DNA of 64,000 nt. Origin: Adineta vaga. Lineage: Eukaryota; Animalia; Rotifera. The translations under genes were made by a program, and so were the position numbers. Under the pieces are notes generated by a model. The model was not told the origin of the DNA, searched no databases, and saw nothing but the letters and a program-made list of their open reading frames with translations. Location of the stretch: positions 13,702,001 to 13,766,000 of the forward strand of contig CP075493.1 of NCBI GenBank assembly GCA_021613535.1, read 5' to 3'. This document shows positions 1 through 12,927 of this stretch, piece by piece. Numbering within the stretch: position 1 is the first letter of the stretch; every line of letters begins with the position of its first letter.

Positions 1-807
1 AGACCATTGTTCAGAATCGGATTGACAATGTAAAATAATAAATTTTCTGCAATAATAAAGCAATGGTTCGATAATGTCAATCCAATTTTCTAATAATGAT
101 ATAAATGCGTAGTAAAAAGAACATGTACTTACATAAAATTGTTCAATTAAATTCATTTCAGTATGAATGTGACAATGTTTTTCTAAATATTGTCGATAAA
201 TCGGAGCCATAATTATCATTGTGATTGTTTTTGTGAATGGATCTTGTTTATTTCCTAAATGTTTATTTCTCATACGTAAGAAATAATGAATATGTGATAT
301 AGTGTCAAGCCACTGACAGATAATATTTAAGATGGAGAAATTCTGTTGATAATATAAACAATTGTTATTTACATTTTTGATTATAGATTCAAATATTTTC
401 ATGCATTCTTTTTTAAGTATCAATGGTGCTGTCACATATTCAATCATACAAAAACATTTTGCATCATGTTCATCCATGTCTAAATCAATCATTGTCCGAT
501 TTAATAATCCAATGTTGCGTAATAATTCCATTTCTTGTTCATTAATTTCTTGTTGTAAATCAATTCGATTCCAAATAATGTAAGCAAAATTTTCAACTGT
601 CATGAATATGTTATCATGTCGCTTTCTTAATTTTAATAAAATCTTATCCATGGGAAGTTGTAAAGTTGCTAGTACAAAAGTGTTTAATTTGCCCAAAATA
701 TCATTTCCTAATTGTTGTATATCTTCTTTCGTCTGATCTAGTATATCAATGGTGGGTAAATTGTTTGTGTCCAATAATTCAATGATTTTTTCATTCATAT
801 TTTTCAT
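1..807 (-). CDS. Uncharacterised helical protein, 5' part; the ORF runs off the window edge
   Basis: ATG at 807 opens a stop-free frame of 269 codons to position 1 (MKNMNEKIIELLDTNNLP...EQFYVSTCSFYYAF...SEQWS). Missing from the ORF track because there is no stop in the window. Confidence 0.7.
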   Translation of the reverse strand, partial: MKNMNEKIIELLDTNNLPTIDILDQTKEDIQQLGNDILGKLNTFVLATLQLPMDKILLKLRKRHDNIFMTVENFAYIIWNRIDLQQEINEQEMELLRNIGLLNRTMIDLDMDEHDAKCFCMIEYVTAPLILKKECMKIFESIIKNVNNNCLYYQQNFSILNIICQWLDTISHIHYFLRMRNKHLGNKQDPFTKTITMIIMAPIYRQYLEKHCHIHTEMNLIEQFYVSTCSFYYAFISLLENWIDIIEPLLYYCRKFIILHCQSDSEQWS

Positions 808-1997
808 TTCACGCTATCATCTAATAGTAACACATCGTTTTTATTCCTTGTTGACGTTATGATCGTATTTTTCTCGATAGAATTACCTTAAAGCTTATAA
901 TCACATTTGTCTGCTTGATTACTCACCTTTCATATTTTTTTGCGCTTTATTGCTTGCTTTCGTAACAATTTTTTTGCTTTTTCTGTCTGTGTTTGTAAAT
1001 ACAATCAAAATAGTGAATAAAATGTGCACATGAAACTTTATTTCGTTTCTCCTATATGTTTCGTGTGACTGATGTGCAGGCAATTTTATATGACGACGAT
1101 ATATAAAAAAGAGAAAATGAGTGAAGCCGTAAATTCGTTCATTATTCTTAGGATACATAATCACATTTCGTGGCTTTTTACTGCGAAATGAAATCAGGAA
1201 AAGTTCAAAAACATTGTTATGGATTGGGTATTTTCTCTCATACTTCGCCATCAATCGTATCATAATAGGATATATAGACTGACGATGACGATGACGATGC
1301 TTAATGTGTATACTATCTTAACCCTCACCGTCATTTATTAGTATCCCATTGAAATGATGAGAAATATGTCAAGATTATCCTTTTTCATGGATGTTCTTCT
1401 TGATCATCAGATGAATCTGCTGCGTCAGAAGAAAATGAAGCGTTTTTAATATTTCGTTCTCGTTTTTCGTTCAATAATAACATCGAAAGAGAAAAGAATG
1501 AAAGTCGATTGTTCAGAGTTAGCCTTTATCGTTCGAAGACAGCTGACAATAAAACGATTAATGTTGCATCTAGTTGGGTTTAACTGAAGATGACAGTTTG
1601 CCATGGAATATTTACATTGAATCAGAATCATATGATTTAATTGTGTTTTTATTGAGCAAACAAACAAGAAGTTTCGTAGAAAAGTGAGGATAAATCACAC
1701 CCTCAAAATTCTTGTAGATAGAAGATTCAGAGAAGAAGAAAAGATTGTTCATATATTTGACACGTAAATAATCATAGGAATGAGAAACATAACAAATAGT
1801 ACAAGAACATTATCATGATGTTGAGCAGAACCATTCTTCACTCCTCGGCCAATATAATTGGGATTACTAGAACTGAGTACAGTAACAGATTTACAATCGG
1901 AGCTAAGTGTCAATATATTGTTGTCGACAGTGGCGGACCAGCATGCCAATTATAGGTGGGGCGATAAACTTTAATTACTTTCACTACTATCGCCGCC

Positions 1998-2047
1998 AGG
2001 GTGTGAGTGTGGATACTATATCTATCTAACACCCACACCCACACCCT
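1998..2047. repeat. Short palindrome with telomere-like (TGTGGG/CCCACA) arms
   Basis: AGGGTGTGAGTGTGG (1998-2012) pairs with CCACACCCACACCCT (2033-2047) at 14/15 positions across a 20-nt spacer. Confidence 0.7.
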
Positions 2048-2267
2048 CAAGATAAAAAAAGAGATCGAGTATTGATTTACTCCTAGATATGCGGAAAAAT
2101 TACATCCTATAATGCTTACAAGTCATGAGGAAAGTGAACGTGATGGATTTTATTCAGAAAATTGGTTCGACAAATTCTTCTATCACCACTATTATTTAGC
2201 ATTCATTTTCATCGAAAAATAACATGCAAGAAACTCAAGTGACTATTCTTGCGACAGTAGAAATGAT

Positions 2268-3218
2268 TTATCTAATAGTGAAAAATCTTGTCCGACCATT
2301 GGGTACGAATTCAAATTGAATACGTTGAAAACATGGATGTAATTTATGAATATTATTAATTTCAATTGGATTTCGTTCCATTGTATTACAATCAAATCGA
2401 GTCAAGTCAGGAATGTATTGTTTTAAAGTCCGAGCTAATTCTACAAAATCTAATGGTAAACAATTGTTTCCACGTGACCAATCCGAAATAAGACAAAGAC
2501 GTTCAAGATGAGGAATATAAGTAAGAACTAGACGAATGATTTCAATATTTATTGTTCGAAGATAAAGATATCTAAGTTGATTATGTTGTTGACGAGCAGG
2601 TTGTAAATCGTCATCATCGGTAAATCGTCTTGCTGACCAATGTAAGTAGATTAGATTTGGACAAGAATTAAGAATATGAACATACGTAGAGAGAGAAAAA
2701 CCAGTTGATATCAATGATCGAAGCGATGATGAAATTGACCATGGATGTATTGAATCAAGTAGCGTAATATCACCCAGAATACATTTATGTAGACATGGAA
2801 ATTCATTTGAAAAGATTCTTTGAAAGAAGTGTGAAGATGTTTCTGATTCATCAATGAATGGCATATTTAGATAGACGAGATGAGGGAAGTTTTCATATCT
2901 TATTGATGTCAATTGTTGATCGGATAAATAATCAAGAATGTTTAGCGATCGTACATTGAGAAATTGAATTTGATCAAGATAATCTGATCGAAGAAGATGG
3001 AGTGAAACAATTCGTTGAGCAAATCGATCAACAAATGGATGATTGACATCATCACGAGAATGAGGTTGAAAATGAAGATTGATTGTGTTAATCAAAATTG
3101 TATTGATACGTGAATTCAAATCAGAAAATGCTCGGTAAAGATCGAAAGTATCAAGATAATCAAATATTTCATAAAATAATTCAATTGGGAGTTGTTCAAA
3201 GCTCGTTATTCCTGGCAT
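2268..3218 (-). CDS. F-box protein with LRR-like C-terminus
   Basis: N-terminal F-box-like FEQLPIELFYEIFDYL, followed by LxxLxL repeats (FPHLVYLNM, CPNLIYLHW, IPHLERLCL). Single exon, 316 aa. Confidence 0.8.
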   Translation of the reverse strand: MPGITSFEQLPIELFYEIFDYLDTFDLYRAFSDLNSRINTILINTINLHFQPHSRDDVNHPFVDRFAQRIVSLHLLRSDYLDQIQFLNVRSLNILDYLSDQQLTSIRYENFPHLVYLNMPFIDESETSSHFFQRIFSNEFPCLHKCILGDITLLDSIHPWSISSSLRSLISTGFSLSTYVHILNSCPNLIYLHWSARRFTDDDDLQPARQQHNQLRYLYLRTINIEIIRLVLTYIPHLERLCLISDWSRGNNCLPLDFVELARTLKQYIPDLTRFDCNTMERNPIEINNIHKLHPCFQRIQFEFVPNGRTRFFTIR

Positions 3219-3478
3219 TGTTTTTAACTTGTCAAAATTCCGAAGAAAAAGCGTGAACTTTGAACTTATATCAATACAACAATTGTCAAAAAGTCAATCG
3301 GTAATTAAAATAATATATAAGCTCCATGATCATTGTTTCTCACCTCTATGTACATTTTTAAATCGACTTTGATAGATGCCGCATGTATTCACCTATTCGA
3401 TATCATTCATAAAGAATGTTTATTGAAAAAAATAATGAAAAACAAGTAATTAAACAAAAAAACAAAAGTTTTAGTTTT

Positions 3479-6400
3479 TTAATTGATGACCGAAAGATAA
3501 TGGTTGTAGATATCGTCTTGTAAATTGTTATTTAGTATTTTAATCTCTTCTTCAAACAAGATCGTATGTTCTTTATCGATATCATACGATGATTTTGCTA
3601 ATTTATCAATATACTCATTAAATTGTCCGTTAGCAAAATCTTTCTTGATTAAAATTAATGAATGAGTATTCGAATGATGATATTTATTGTTTTTAAATTG
3701 TTTGATTAATTTATAAATGATTGAATATCCATTTATATCACTAATGAAAAAATATGGACCACGTGGTTGTAAACGTCGAATTTGTTGAATATGTTCATCA
3801 ACTAATGGCTTTATAGATTGTAATGATAAATCATTTTCTGAATATTTCATTAAATAAATCGATGAAAAATGATTTGTAATTTTCTCGATAAATTGTTCAG
3901 TTTTGACTGATAAATCTTGAATTGAATTTTGAATAAAACAAAATAGAATTGGTTTTGAATTGTTATTTGTTAATTTTTCTTGATATAAACAATGTAACAA
4001 TGATAAATTTGTATATTGATCATCATCATTATCTAACATATGAATTTTTTCATGATTAATTTCACTTGTTGCTATTTTATTTGAATTGACTTGTTTCAAT
4101 GAATTCGATCGTTCATTTAATTTTGATAAAACACTTTGACTTAAATATTGTATTGTTATTCCTTGAAATATATCACTTAATGGTATTGATATAAATAATT
4201 CTTTTTCTAACCAATTTCGTAATGATACAGCCATTAAGGAATCCATACCTTGTTGATTTAAAGATTTTTCTATATCTATACGATCGATATTTGATGAACC
4301 AAATATTTGTGCAACGGCAGAACGAATTTTTTCAATAATTGTTTCAATATTCATTGAATTAACAGTTGTTTCTAATTGTTGATTAGTATTTGTATATTCT
4401 AATTGAAAATATTTTCTTTTAACTAAATCTTCAAGTACATTTGATTGTAAATGATCTAATTTAGAATGTAAACTAGACCAATTTAAAGCAAAAATAATCG
4501 ATGTCGAATAAGATTTTTGTTGTTGATTTTGAAATAAATTTTCAATCAATTCAAATGTTATTATTGGTGGAAGAAAAAACATATTAGCATCCGTTTTTAA
4601 TAGATGTTCGGAAATAGCTGAAATTTTTCGTTGTCGATGAAAAAATCCAACTTGAGTAATACCTGGCAAACTAATTGCAAGTGCTGGTTGTTTTAAATAA
4701 TTATATCGATAATAGGCTAAGGATTCCAAATATTGATTACCAGCATTATAGGCAGAAGCACCTAATTGTGCACATAAATGATTTCGAAGTGATGAAAAAA
4801 GAAGAAAAAAATGAAGAGGTGTTTGTGTAATTGTTGTTGTTTGATGTAAATTCCATGCTCCGAGAATTTTAGGTCGCATTACTTTAATTAATTGTTCATT
4901 TGTCATATTATGAATTAAGGAATCTTCGAGAACAAGTGCAGCATGAATAATACCACGAATAGGATAATTTGTTTGATTTAATTCTTTTATTAACTTATAT
5001 ACTTGATCATATTGTGTCACATCACATTTTCGTATTTCAACAATGACATTTTTATATTTCGTTTCAATTAAATGTTTTAAATTTAACCAATCTTTTAATT
5101 GATAACTATTACTTTGTTCAAATTCTTCTTGATTTTGTCGTGCCATTAAAATAATTCGTTTTACTTTACGTTCCATAATCATCCATTTTGACATTTCTAT
5201 TCCTAAGCCACCTGTACCACCGGATATTAATATAGTTCCTTGATTACAAACAGATGATGGAAATAATTGACAATCTAAATATTCTTACATATTCATTTGC
5301 ACCTTTACGATGTTATGATCTACTCACTATTTGGTAGTTCATCTTCTTCTACTGTTAATAATTGTTTTGCACCAGTAATTCGAACAATTTGTTTGCCAAT
5401 ATGTTTTGCTTGTTCATATAGATGAAAAACATCGATAATTTCTGATGGTTCATAAATATGTACTTGTTCAATTGGTTTTAATAAATTATTTTCAAATAAT
5501 TGTAAAATTTCGTTCAAAATTTCTTTCAATAATTTCGGTTCTGTTGATAAACAAGTAACTAAATCAATAATATGAAAACTACAACCAAATCGTAATTGAT
5601 ATAGTAATAAATCATATGTTTTTTCTGAATAAATATCTCTTTTACCAATTTCAATAAAATGTCCATGTGTTGATAATAATTTAATAGATTCTTGTAGAAA
5701 TTTTCCAGATAATGAATTTAAAATAACATTAACACCTTGTGGAAATATTTTTCGTATATTTTCAACAAATGATAAATCTCGACTATTAAAAATATGTATT
5801 AAATCAAATTTTTCTCTTAAATATTCACGTTTTTCGATTGTACCAGCTGTACAAATAAGATTTTCTTTTGAAATACCTAACATAAGACAATATTGTATGG
5901 CAGCTAGACCAACACCACCAGATGCCGTATGTATTAAAACAGTTTGATTCTTTTGTAAATGAACACGATATTTAAATGCATAGAAAATAGTTGAATAAGG
6001 CGTTGGAATTGATGCTAATTCTTCCATTGTAAATATATTCATTAGATTTTCTTGAACACGTACAATATTTGTTTGATTTATAATTAAATTTGATTGAAAT
6101 GCACTATTTTGACATGTACAACCAATAACAATATCGTTTATTTGAAATTCTTTTACATTTGATCCAATTCGTAAAATTTTCCCACTAAAATCTGAACCCA
6201 ATTCTTCATCACGAACATTTCCATCTTGTTGATTATATTTTAAACCAAATTCTGATGTTGCTGGATATAAACCTTTTGCTTTTAAGACATCACGAAAATT
6301 AATTCCAACACTATGAATTTCAATTTCAACTTCATCTGTATCAAGATATATTTCACAATCTTTCTTTAAAATCCATTTTAAATCTGATATAAATCTTGTG

Positions 6401-9400
6401 TTTGAAAGTTTCAAATAGAAATTTTTCTTTTCTGTTGAATTAGGAGAAATTACTGTTTGATAAATTTGTTGAATATCTTCTTTTTCTATATCATTATAAG
6501 ATGGTATATAACGTTTAATATCTGATGTTTCCAATAAGATAATTTCTTGATCAATTTGTTTTGAAGGAATATTGAATAAAACTAAATTTATTTCATTGAT
6601 AATTGTTATTAAGAAATGTTCTGATAGAGATGATGAACTATTTAAATCAATTAATTTCAAATAATTTGTTTTATATTCTTTCAATGCTGTTCGTCCAAAA
6701 CCAATAATAGGTGATTGAATTGGATCAATTGTTTGTCCGAGTGATATATTTTGAGCATTTTTTGTGAAAACAAATAGATAAGGAAGAATATTTGAATTTT
6801 GTTGTTTTATTATTTTGATTATTGTCATTAATGTTGTACAAAGAAATTCTTGTTGTTGAAAATCATTATTTTGTAAATCTAATGGCCATAAATATAGAAT
6901 ATTTATTTGTTTGAAACGTTTTATTGATGTTTGAAATAAATTGATTTCATTTTGATTAATATAAATAATATTATTTGTTTGTAAGAGATTTCCTAATTGT
7001 AAACCAATTTGATTGATTTGATCAGAAAAAATAATCCATCCTTGTTGTTCTGTATAATCATCAATGGTTTTTTGTGCTACAATTAATGATTCTTCAAATG
7101 AATTTGTTGTACTTGAATCAATTTCTTCAAATCCACCAACTTTATTAAATAATTCAAACCATTGATCAACTGATAACAATGAATGTGTACCTTTTTCTCG
7201 AATAGTATTCGAATTTGTTTCATTCAACGACCACCATTGAGATAAAGGACCATAAATAAGATCATTTAATGGATAATTTCCCGTACTTTCAACTAATATT
7301 AATAAACCATTCAATTTTAATAATTGTTTTAAATTAATTATTGATTGTTCAATATATGATGTTGCATGAATAACATTCGATGCAAATATAATATCAAATT
7401 TATTTTCATCAAATAAATGATTTTCTTGTTCATCTAAATCATATATATCATAGGATATTGTTAATAATCCATGTTGATTGTTTTCATTTAATAAAGATTG
7501 AAAATAATTTTTAGCTTTTGTAAAAAATGATGGAGATATATCTGTGAATATATAATGAATTTGTGTTTGAGTTTTATTAGCAAATTCAAGAAGAATTTCA
7601 AGAATTGGTATTGTTGATGCACCAGTTCCAGCACCAACTTCTAGAATAGTTAATTGATAATTAAATGATGGATATTTTCTTGATAAAATTTGTTTTTCTA
7701 AATAATTTGTTAAACTAGAACAAATTAATTCAATCATTGTTTGTGATATAATTAAATATAAATCTTGCATTAACAATTCATTTTCACCATTACCTCCAAA
7801 ATATAATTCTAATGGATCTAAATCTTCCGATAAAATTTTCAATAGATTTTCTCCCGATAATCGAATAAGATCAATAACGGATTGAATTGAAGGATATTTT
7901 TTAATTAATTGAATATAATCCAAATTCATTGAATGATTTGTTAATGATGTTGTATCAATTAATAATTGTCCAGTTTCATCAGTAATATTATATGTTTGAA
8001 AATACTTCAGAAAACTTTGAATTAATAAAATAAAATGTTGATTTTTATCATTTGTTTCATTCATCCATGGAAAATTATCAAATTGTTTAAGATTAATTTC
8101 GTTTAATTTTCCTTGATTATTTAATAATTGTTTAAACATTAATAAAACATAATTAAGAGCAAATTTATTTAAATGATCAATTCCATTAATTGAACAATGA
8201 TCACGTTCTGATTGACCAGTTTCAATACGATGACGAAGTGTTTCTGTATCAAAAAGTATTTTCGGTTTTGGTAACAATTCATTAAAATTCAAAACTATTT
8301 TCGATTCAATCCAATTCATTTGTAAACAATAATTATTGAATAAATATTTCATTTGATTATTATCATATGATGGTAAAATTAAATCATTTTCTTGAAATTT
8401 ATAGGAATGTAAATTAATTAATTGTTGCATTTTTAAATTTTCAAATAAAACAATTAAATTCTTCTTTTCTTCATCAAATAGAAGAATATCTGCTGAATAT
8501 TTGTAATTTTTTGTTATACCAATTGTGTGTGAATGAAAGTCTGTATAAGCATATAACATATTTAGATTTTTTTGAGGATAAATTGTTATTTTATCCACAC
8601 CTATTGGTACATATGCATAATTATCTTGTAATAATGTTAAACCACTTTGTAAACATGTATCAAGTATAATTGGATGTATATAATAATGAGATTTATCATT
8701 AACATGAGTATTGATTTCAGTTAAAACTTTTGATCTTGTACTAACAAATGATTTTATTTGTTGAAATAATGGTCCATAAGTGTTACCACGATTAGAAAGT
8801 GTTTTATATAGATTTTCAATATCTTGTTGTTCATTTAGTGAACATATTTGATTTTGAATTATATTATGTTGAATATCATCGAAATTATATAATGATGATG
8901 TAATTGTTTTCGAATTCAAATTTTCAATTTGAATAAAACCAGTTGAATGTAAACTCCATTGTTTGGATAGATAATTATGTAATTTATTTTCATTTTGATA
9001 ATCATTATCATCTAAAATATCATTTCCAGATAAACCTTTTTCTCTTACACAATCAGTTGATGTTCGACAACGACGACTATAAATAAAAAATTGTTTAAAT
9101 GGCATTTGTATAACTGTATGAATTTCTCTTGGTTGAGTTTCATTTAAAATACAAGCTTCTAAAAATTCAACATTATTCAATGTAATTGTTGAGAGTTCGG
9201 ATTCTTTTGAATAATTATATAATTCATTAATAGCAGCTAATATTAATTCAATATAACCTGTAGCTGGAAAATAGATTTGTTCTTGTACTTGATGATCTTT
9301 AAGATAAGAATATTCAGGTAATTGAAGATTAATTATTGATTTCCATGTAGGTAATTGTTGTTCCAATGACCATAAACGAACACCTAATAATGGATGATAT

Positions 9401-12400
9401 TGTTGACGTGTTGCACGACGTTGTAGAACAGATTCTTTCGATTCATACCAATAAAAATCATTATGATTAAAAGTAAATAATGGAAGAGTATCGAAGAATG
9501 AGAAAAATTTTTGAAATATTGGATAAGAACGTGTTGTTAAAAATTCTTTGAAATTCTTATTGTTAAAATTTAAATGAGATAAATTCGTTAATATTGTTTC
9601 TTGTTCATCTTCTTTTCGTTTTAATGAATAGTAAAGTTTTACTGCTCTATTATGACTATCAAAACATTGTTGAATTGATGTTGTTAAAACAGGATGTGGA
9701 GATATTTCAAGAAATTCAATATCTTCATTTGTTAGTAATTCAATAACTTTATTGAATTGAACTGCTTGTCGAACATTTGACCACCAATAATAATTATTAA
9801 ATTCAATATAATTTTCATCATTTGAATCTGATGATGTTAATTGACCAGTTACAGTTGAATATAATTTAGCTTGTGAACATTTTATATCAAATTTTTCTTC
9901 GTTCATTGTTCCTTTGATAGTCTTCAGAGAATCTAATAAATCTTGTTTAATATTAAATCTTTCCATTTGTTGACTATGAAACGCATTTTCAACTTTTATC
10001 CAAGTTTTGAATATTTTCGGTTTTAATATATTGAGAATTTCATATAATTCTTCCAAAATATTTGAATCTCCACTTAATGTTATCGATTTTGGACTATTAA
10101 TAGCTGCAATACAAACATGATCTTTAACATCTTTAATTAATTCTTCAATTTCTTTTTCATTCATTCCTACAGCTAACATTCGTCCATTTTGTCTTGTATT
10201 ACGATGTTGTAAACGTGAACGATGATATATAATTTCAATAGCTTCTTTGAATGATAATCGACCATTAATATAAGCAGCTGCAACTTCTCCTGCTGAATGT
10301 CCAATAATGATTTGTGGATATATACCCCAAGATAACCAAAGAGCAGTAAGTGCAATTTGAAGAGCAAATAAACAAGGTTGAGCAATATTTGTATCACTAA
10401 TTCGAGATTGTTCTTCATCTTTGTCAATTAATTCATCTAATAATGACCATTCATTATTAATTTGTTTTAATGCATAATCTATTTTCTCGATCCATTGACG
10501 ATAGATTGGTTCACTTTTATATAATTGTCGACCCATGGCAAACCATTGTGGACCTTGACCCGCGTATATAAAACATAATTTCCGTTTTGCATTTCTTTGT
10601 TTAATATCAATAGTTAAATCAATACCAGAAGGTAATTTATTATTACTTTCAGTAGTTAAGAAAGATGTTAAATAATTTTGAAATTGTTCAAGATCTTTAA
10701 CAAGAAATGATAAACGATGAGAATATGTAAGAGTACGATGTATTAATAATTTATGAGATAATTGTGTTAAGAAGAGTTTTTTCTGTTGTTGATCAAACTG
10801 ATTAGTTAATAATATTGATGATAACCATGAATTGAATTTTTCAATTTGATTTCTTAATGATTGTTGACATTTACCTAAATAAGATAATAAAAGGAACTAT
10901 TATAGTACAATTCTTATGGAACAAAACAAAAAATGAAATACATAATGAAGTAGGTGTTTGTCAGAAAGAATAGAAGAAGTTTTTGTTGAGAAAACTTTCA
11001 TGTGATCTCTTGAGTTTGGATAAATAAATCTTATGAAATCTATAATTCTTTTTTTGATAAAGTATTTTTAATGGTTATCAATGTTTTGTTCATTATACTT
11101 CATAAGACATAGTTAGATCTTTATCCGTTAAAGTTCAGACCAGAATAATAGATATGTTTTACTGTATGATACTCGCTACATTCTGCGCCTAGTAAAGATT
11201 TCTACTCTTATATTCTTGAAAAATAAAACAACATACTTGAGAATATTAAAATGAAATATTGTTCATTATCATTCCATACTCTTTCAATTGATTCGTTAGT
11301 CTTTTGTGCCTCAATTATAACTGGTTGTTTATATTCTTGTACAATACAATGTGTATTATTTCCACCAATACCAAATGAATTGATTCCAATTAAAATTGGT
11401 TCATTAGTTGTTTCTTTTATTTCTGGAAATTGTATTGTATGTTGAATGATATGTAAATTATATTTTTTTGCTTTAATTTTTGGATTTAATTGTTTAAAAT
11501 TCATTTGTGCTGGTATCATACGGTATTTCATGCAAAGAGCAACTTTAATTAATCCAGCTATACCAGATGCACCTTCGGTATGACCAATATTGGATTTAAT
11601 TGAACCAATTAATAATGGACAATCATAGTGTGAACGATTAAAAAACTTTCCAATTGTATTTGTTTCAACTGAATCACCAACTTGTGTTCCTGTTCCATGT
11701 GCTTCAACATAAAAGATTTGTTTGGGATCAATTCGTGATTGATTACGTGAATAAATTTCTTCCAATAAACTATATTGTCCAAGTGGTGATGGTGCTGCAT
11801 AACCAGTTTTTTCTTGTTGACCATCATGATTCGATAGAATATCTCGAATTACACAATAAATAGAATTTCCATCTCGTTCAGCATCCTTTAATCGTTTTAA
11901 TAAAACTAAACCACAACCTTCGCCTATAAATCAAACATAAAGACAATTTTCATCACATACGACTATAGAATGGGAAATTTTCAATAGATTTAGTATATCT
12001 GAAAACGAATTTTGTAAAGGAAAGTTTTGCTCTTTCATCTGTCAACACTTCTAAGCATAGTTAAATTTCTTCTGTTTGAAAAGATATATTTACCTTTTCC
12101 ATAACCATTTGCATCTTGACTAAATGATTTCGATCGACCATCTGTTGCAACAGTTTCTGTTGTAGATGCATCTAGAAACATATCCGGTGAATAAATTGTA
12201 TTAACACCGCCTGCAATAGCGAAATTTGATTCATTATTTCGTAATGTTTGACAAGCAAGATGAAGTGCTTGAAGTGAAGATGAACATGCACTATCAAGTG
12301 CTAAATTCGGACCATGTAAATCAAAATGATATGCTAAACGTGCTGATGCATTAAATAAGATCATTGATGGTTGTAATAAACGTTTTCGTTCTTCTAATGA

Positions 12401-12820
12401 TTGTTTCATCATTGTTTGTTGATGATCCGTTGAATATTGACCGATATGTACAGATGTCTTTGTTCCACGTATTTCATCAATTGTTAAACCAGCATCTTCA
12501 ATTAAATGAACAAATTTTTTTAATAATAAACGATGAGCTGGATCAAGTAATAATGCATCATTGTCAGTTAAACCAAAATATTGTGGATCAAATTTATCCA
12601 ATTGATCATTTTTCATAAAATAACCACGTTGAATTAATTTTTCTTTTAATGTTGGATTTATTTTAATTAAATCTGCAGTAAATGACTGTAGATCTAAACG
12701 TTCTAATGGAATTTCTGAGTTAAGATCAATCTGTTCTGTCAGAACATGCCATAGATCATGTGGACTCTCAATACCATTAGCAAATGAACATGCAATACCG
12801 ATAACCGCTATTGGTTCCAT
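3479..12820 (-). CDS. Highly reducing type I polyketide synthase, KS-AT-DH-cMT-ER-KR-ACP-(degenerate TE), 4 exons, 2918 aa
   Basis: Exons 12820-12094, 11923-11237, 10874-5328 and 5274-3479 join in frame through GT-AG introns (11924-12093, 10875-11236, 5275-5327). Motifs: KS DSACSSS, EAHGTGT, KSNIGHT; AT AGQGPQW, GHSAG, NAFHS; DH HPLLG, DHQVQEQIYFP, HPIILD; MT ILEVGAGTG; ER LIHTASGGVG; KR GGTGGLG and AYNAGN; ACP GMDSL. Confidence 0.93.
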
Positions 12821-12927
12821 GTTAATCTATTGTTTTAAATTAAATATCGAAGTAAAAAATAGAATCTAAAACAAAAAATAAATTCCAATTATAAAATCAT
12901 AAAGAAAGAACAAAAAAAAAGTAAATT

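Noticed and set aside
1277-1299. (GACGAT)n short tandem repeat
   Set aside because: About three units; an ordinary microsatellite.
919-1949. ORFs 919-1263, 1446-1667 and 1749-1949
   Set aside because: Short, with no recognisable motif. The last could be a fragment of a membrane-anchored protein, but I could not build a gene model.
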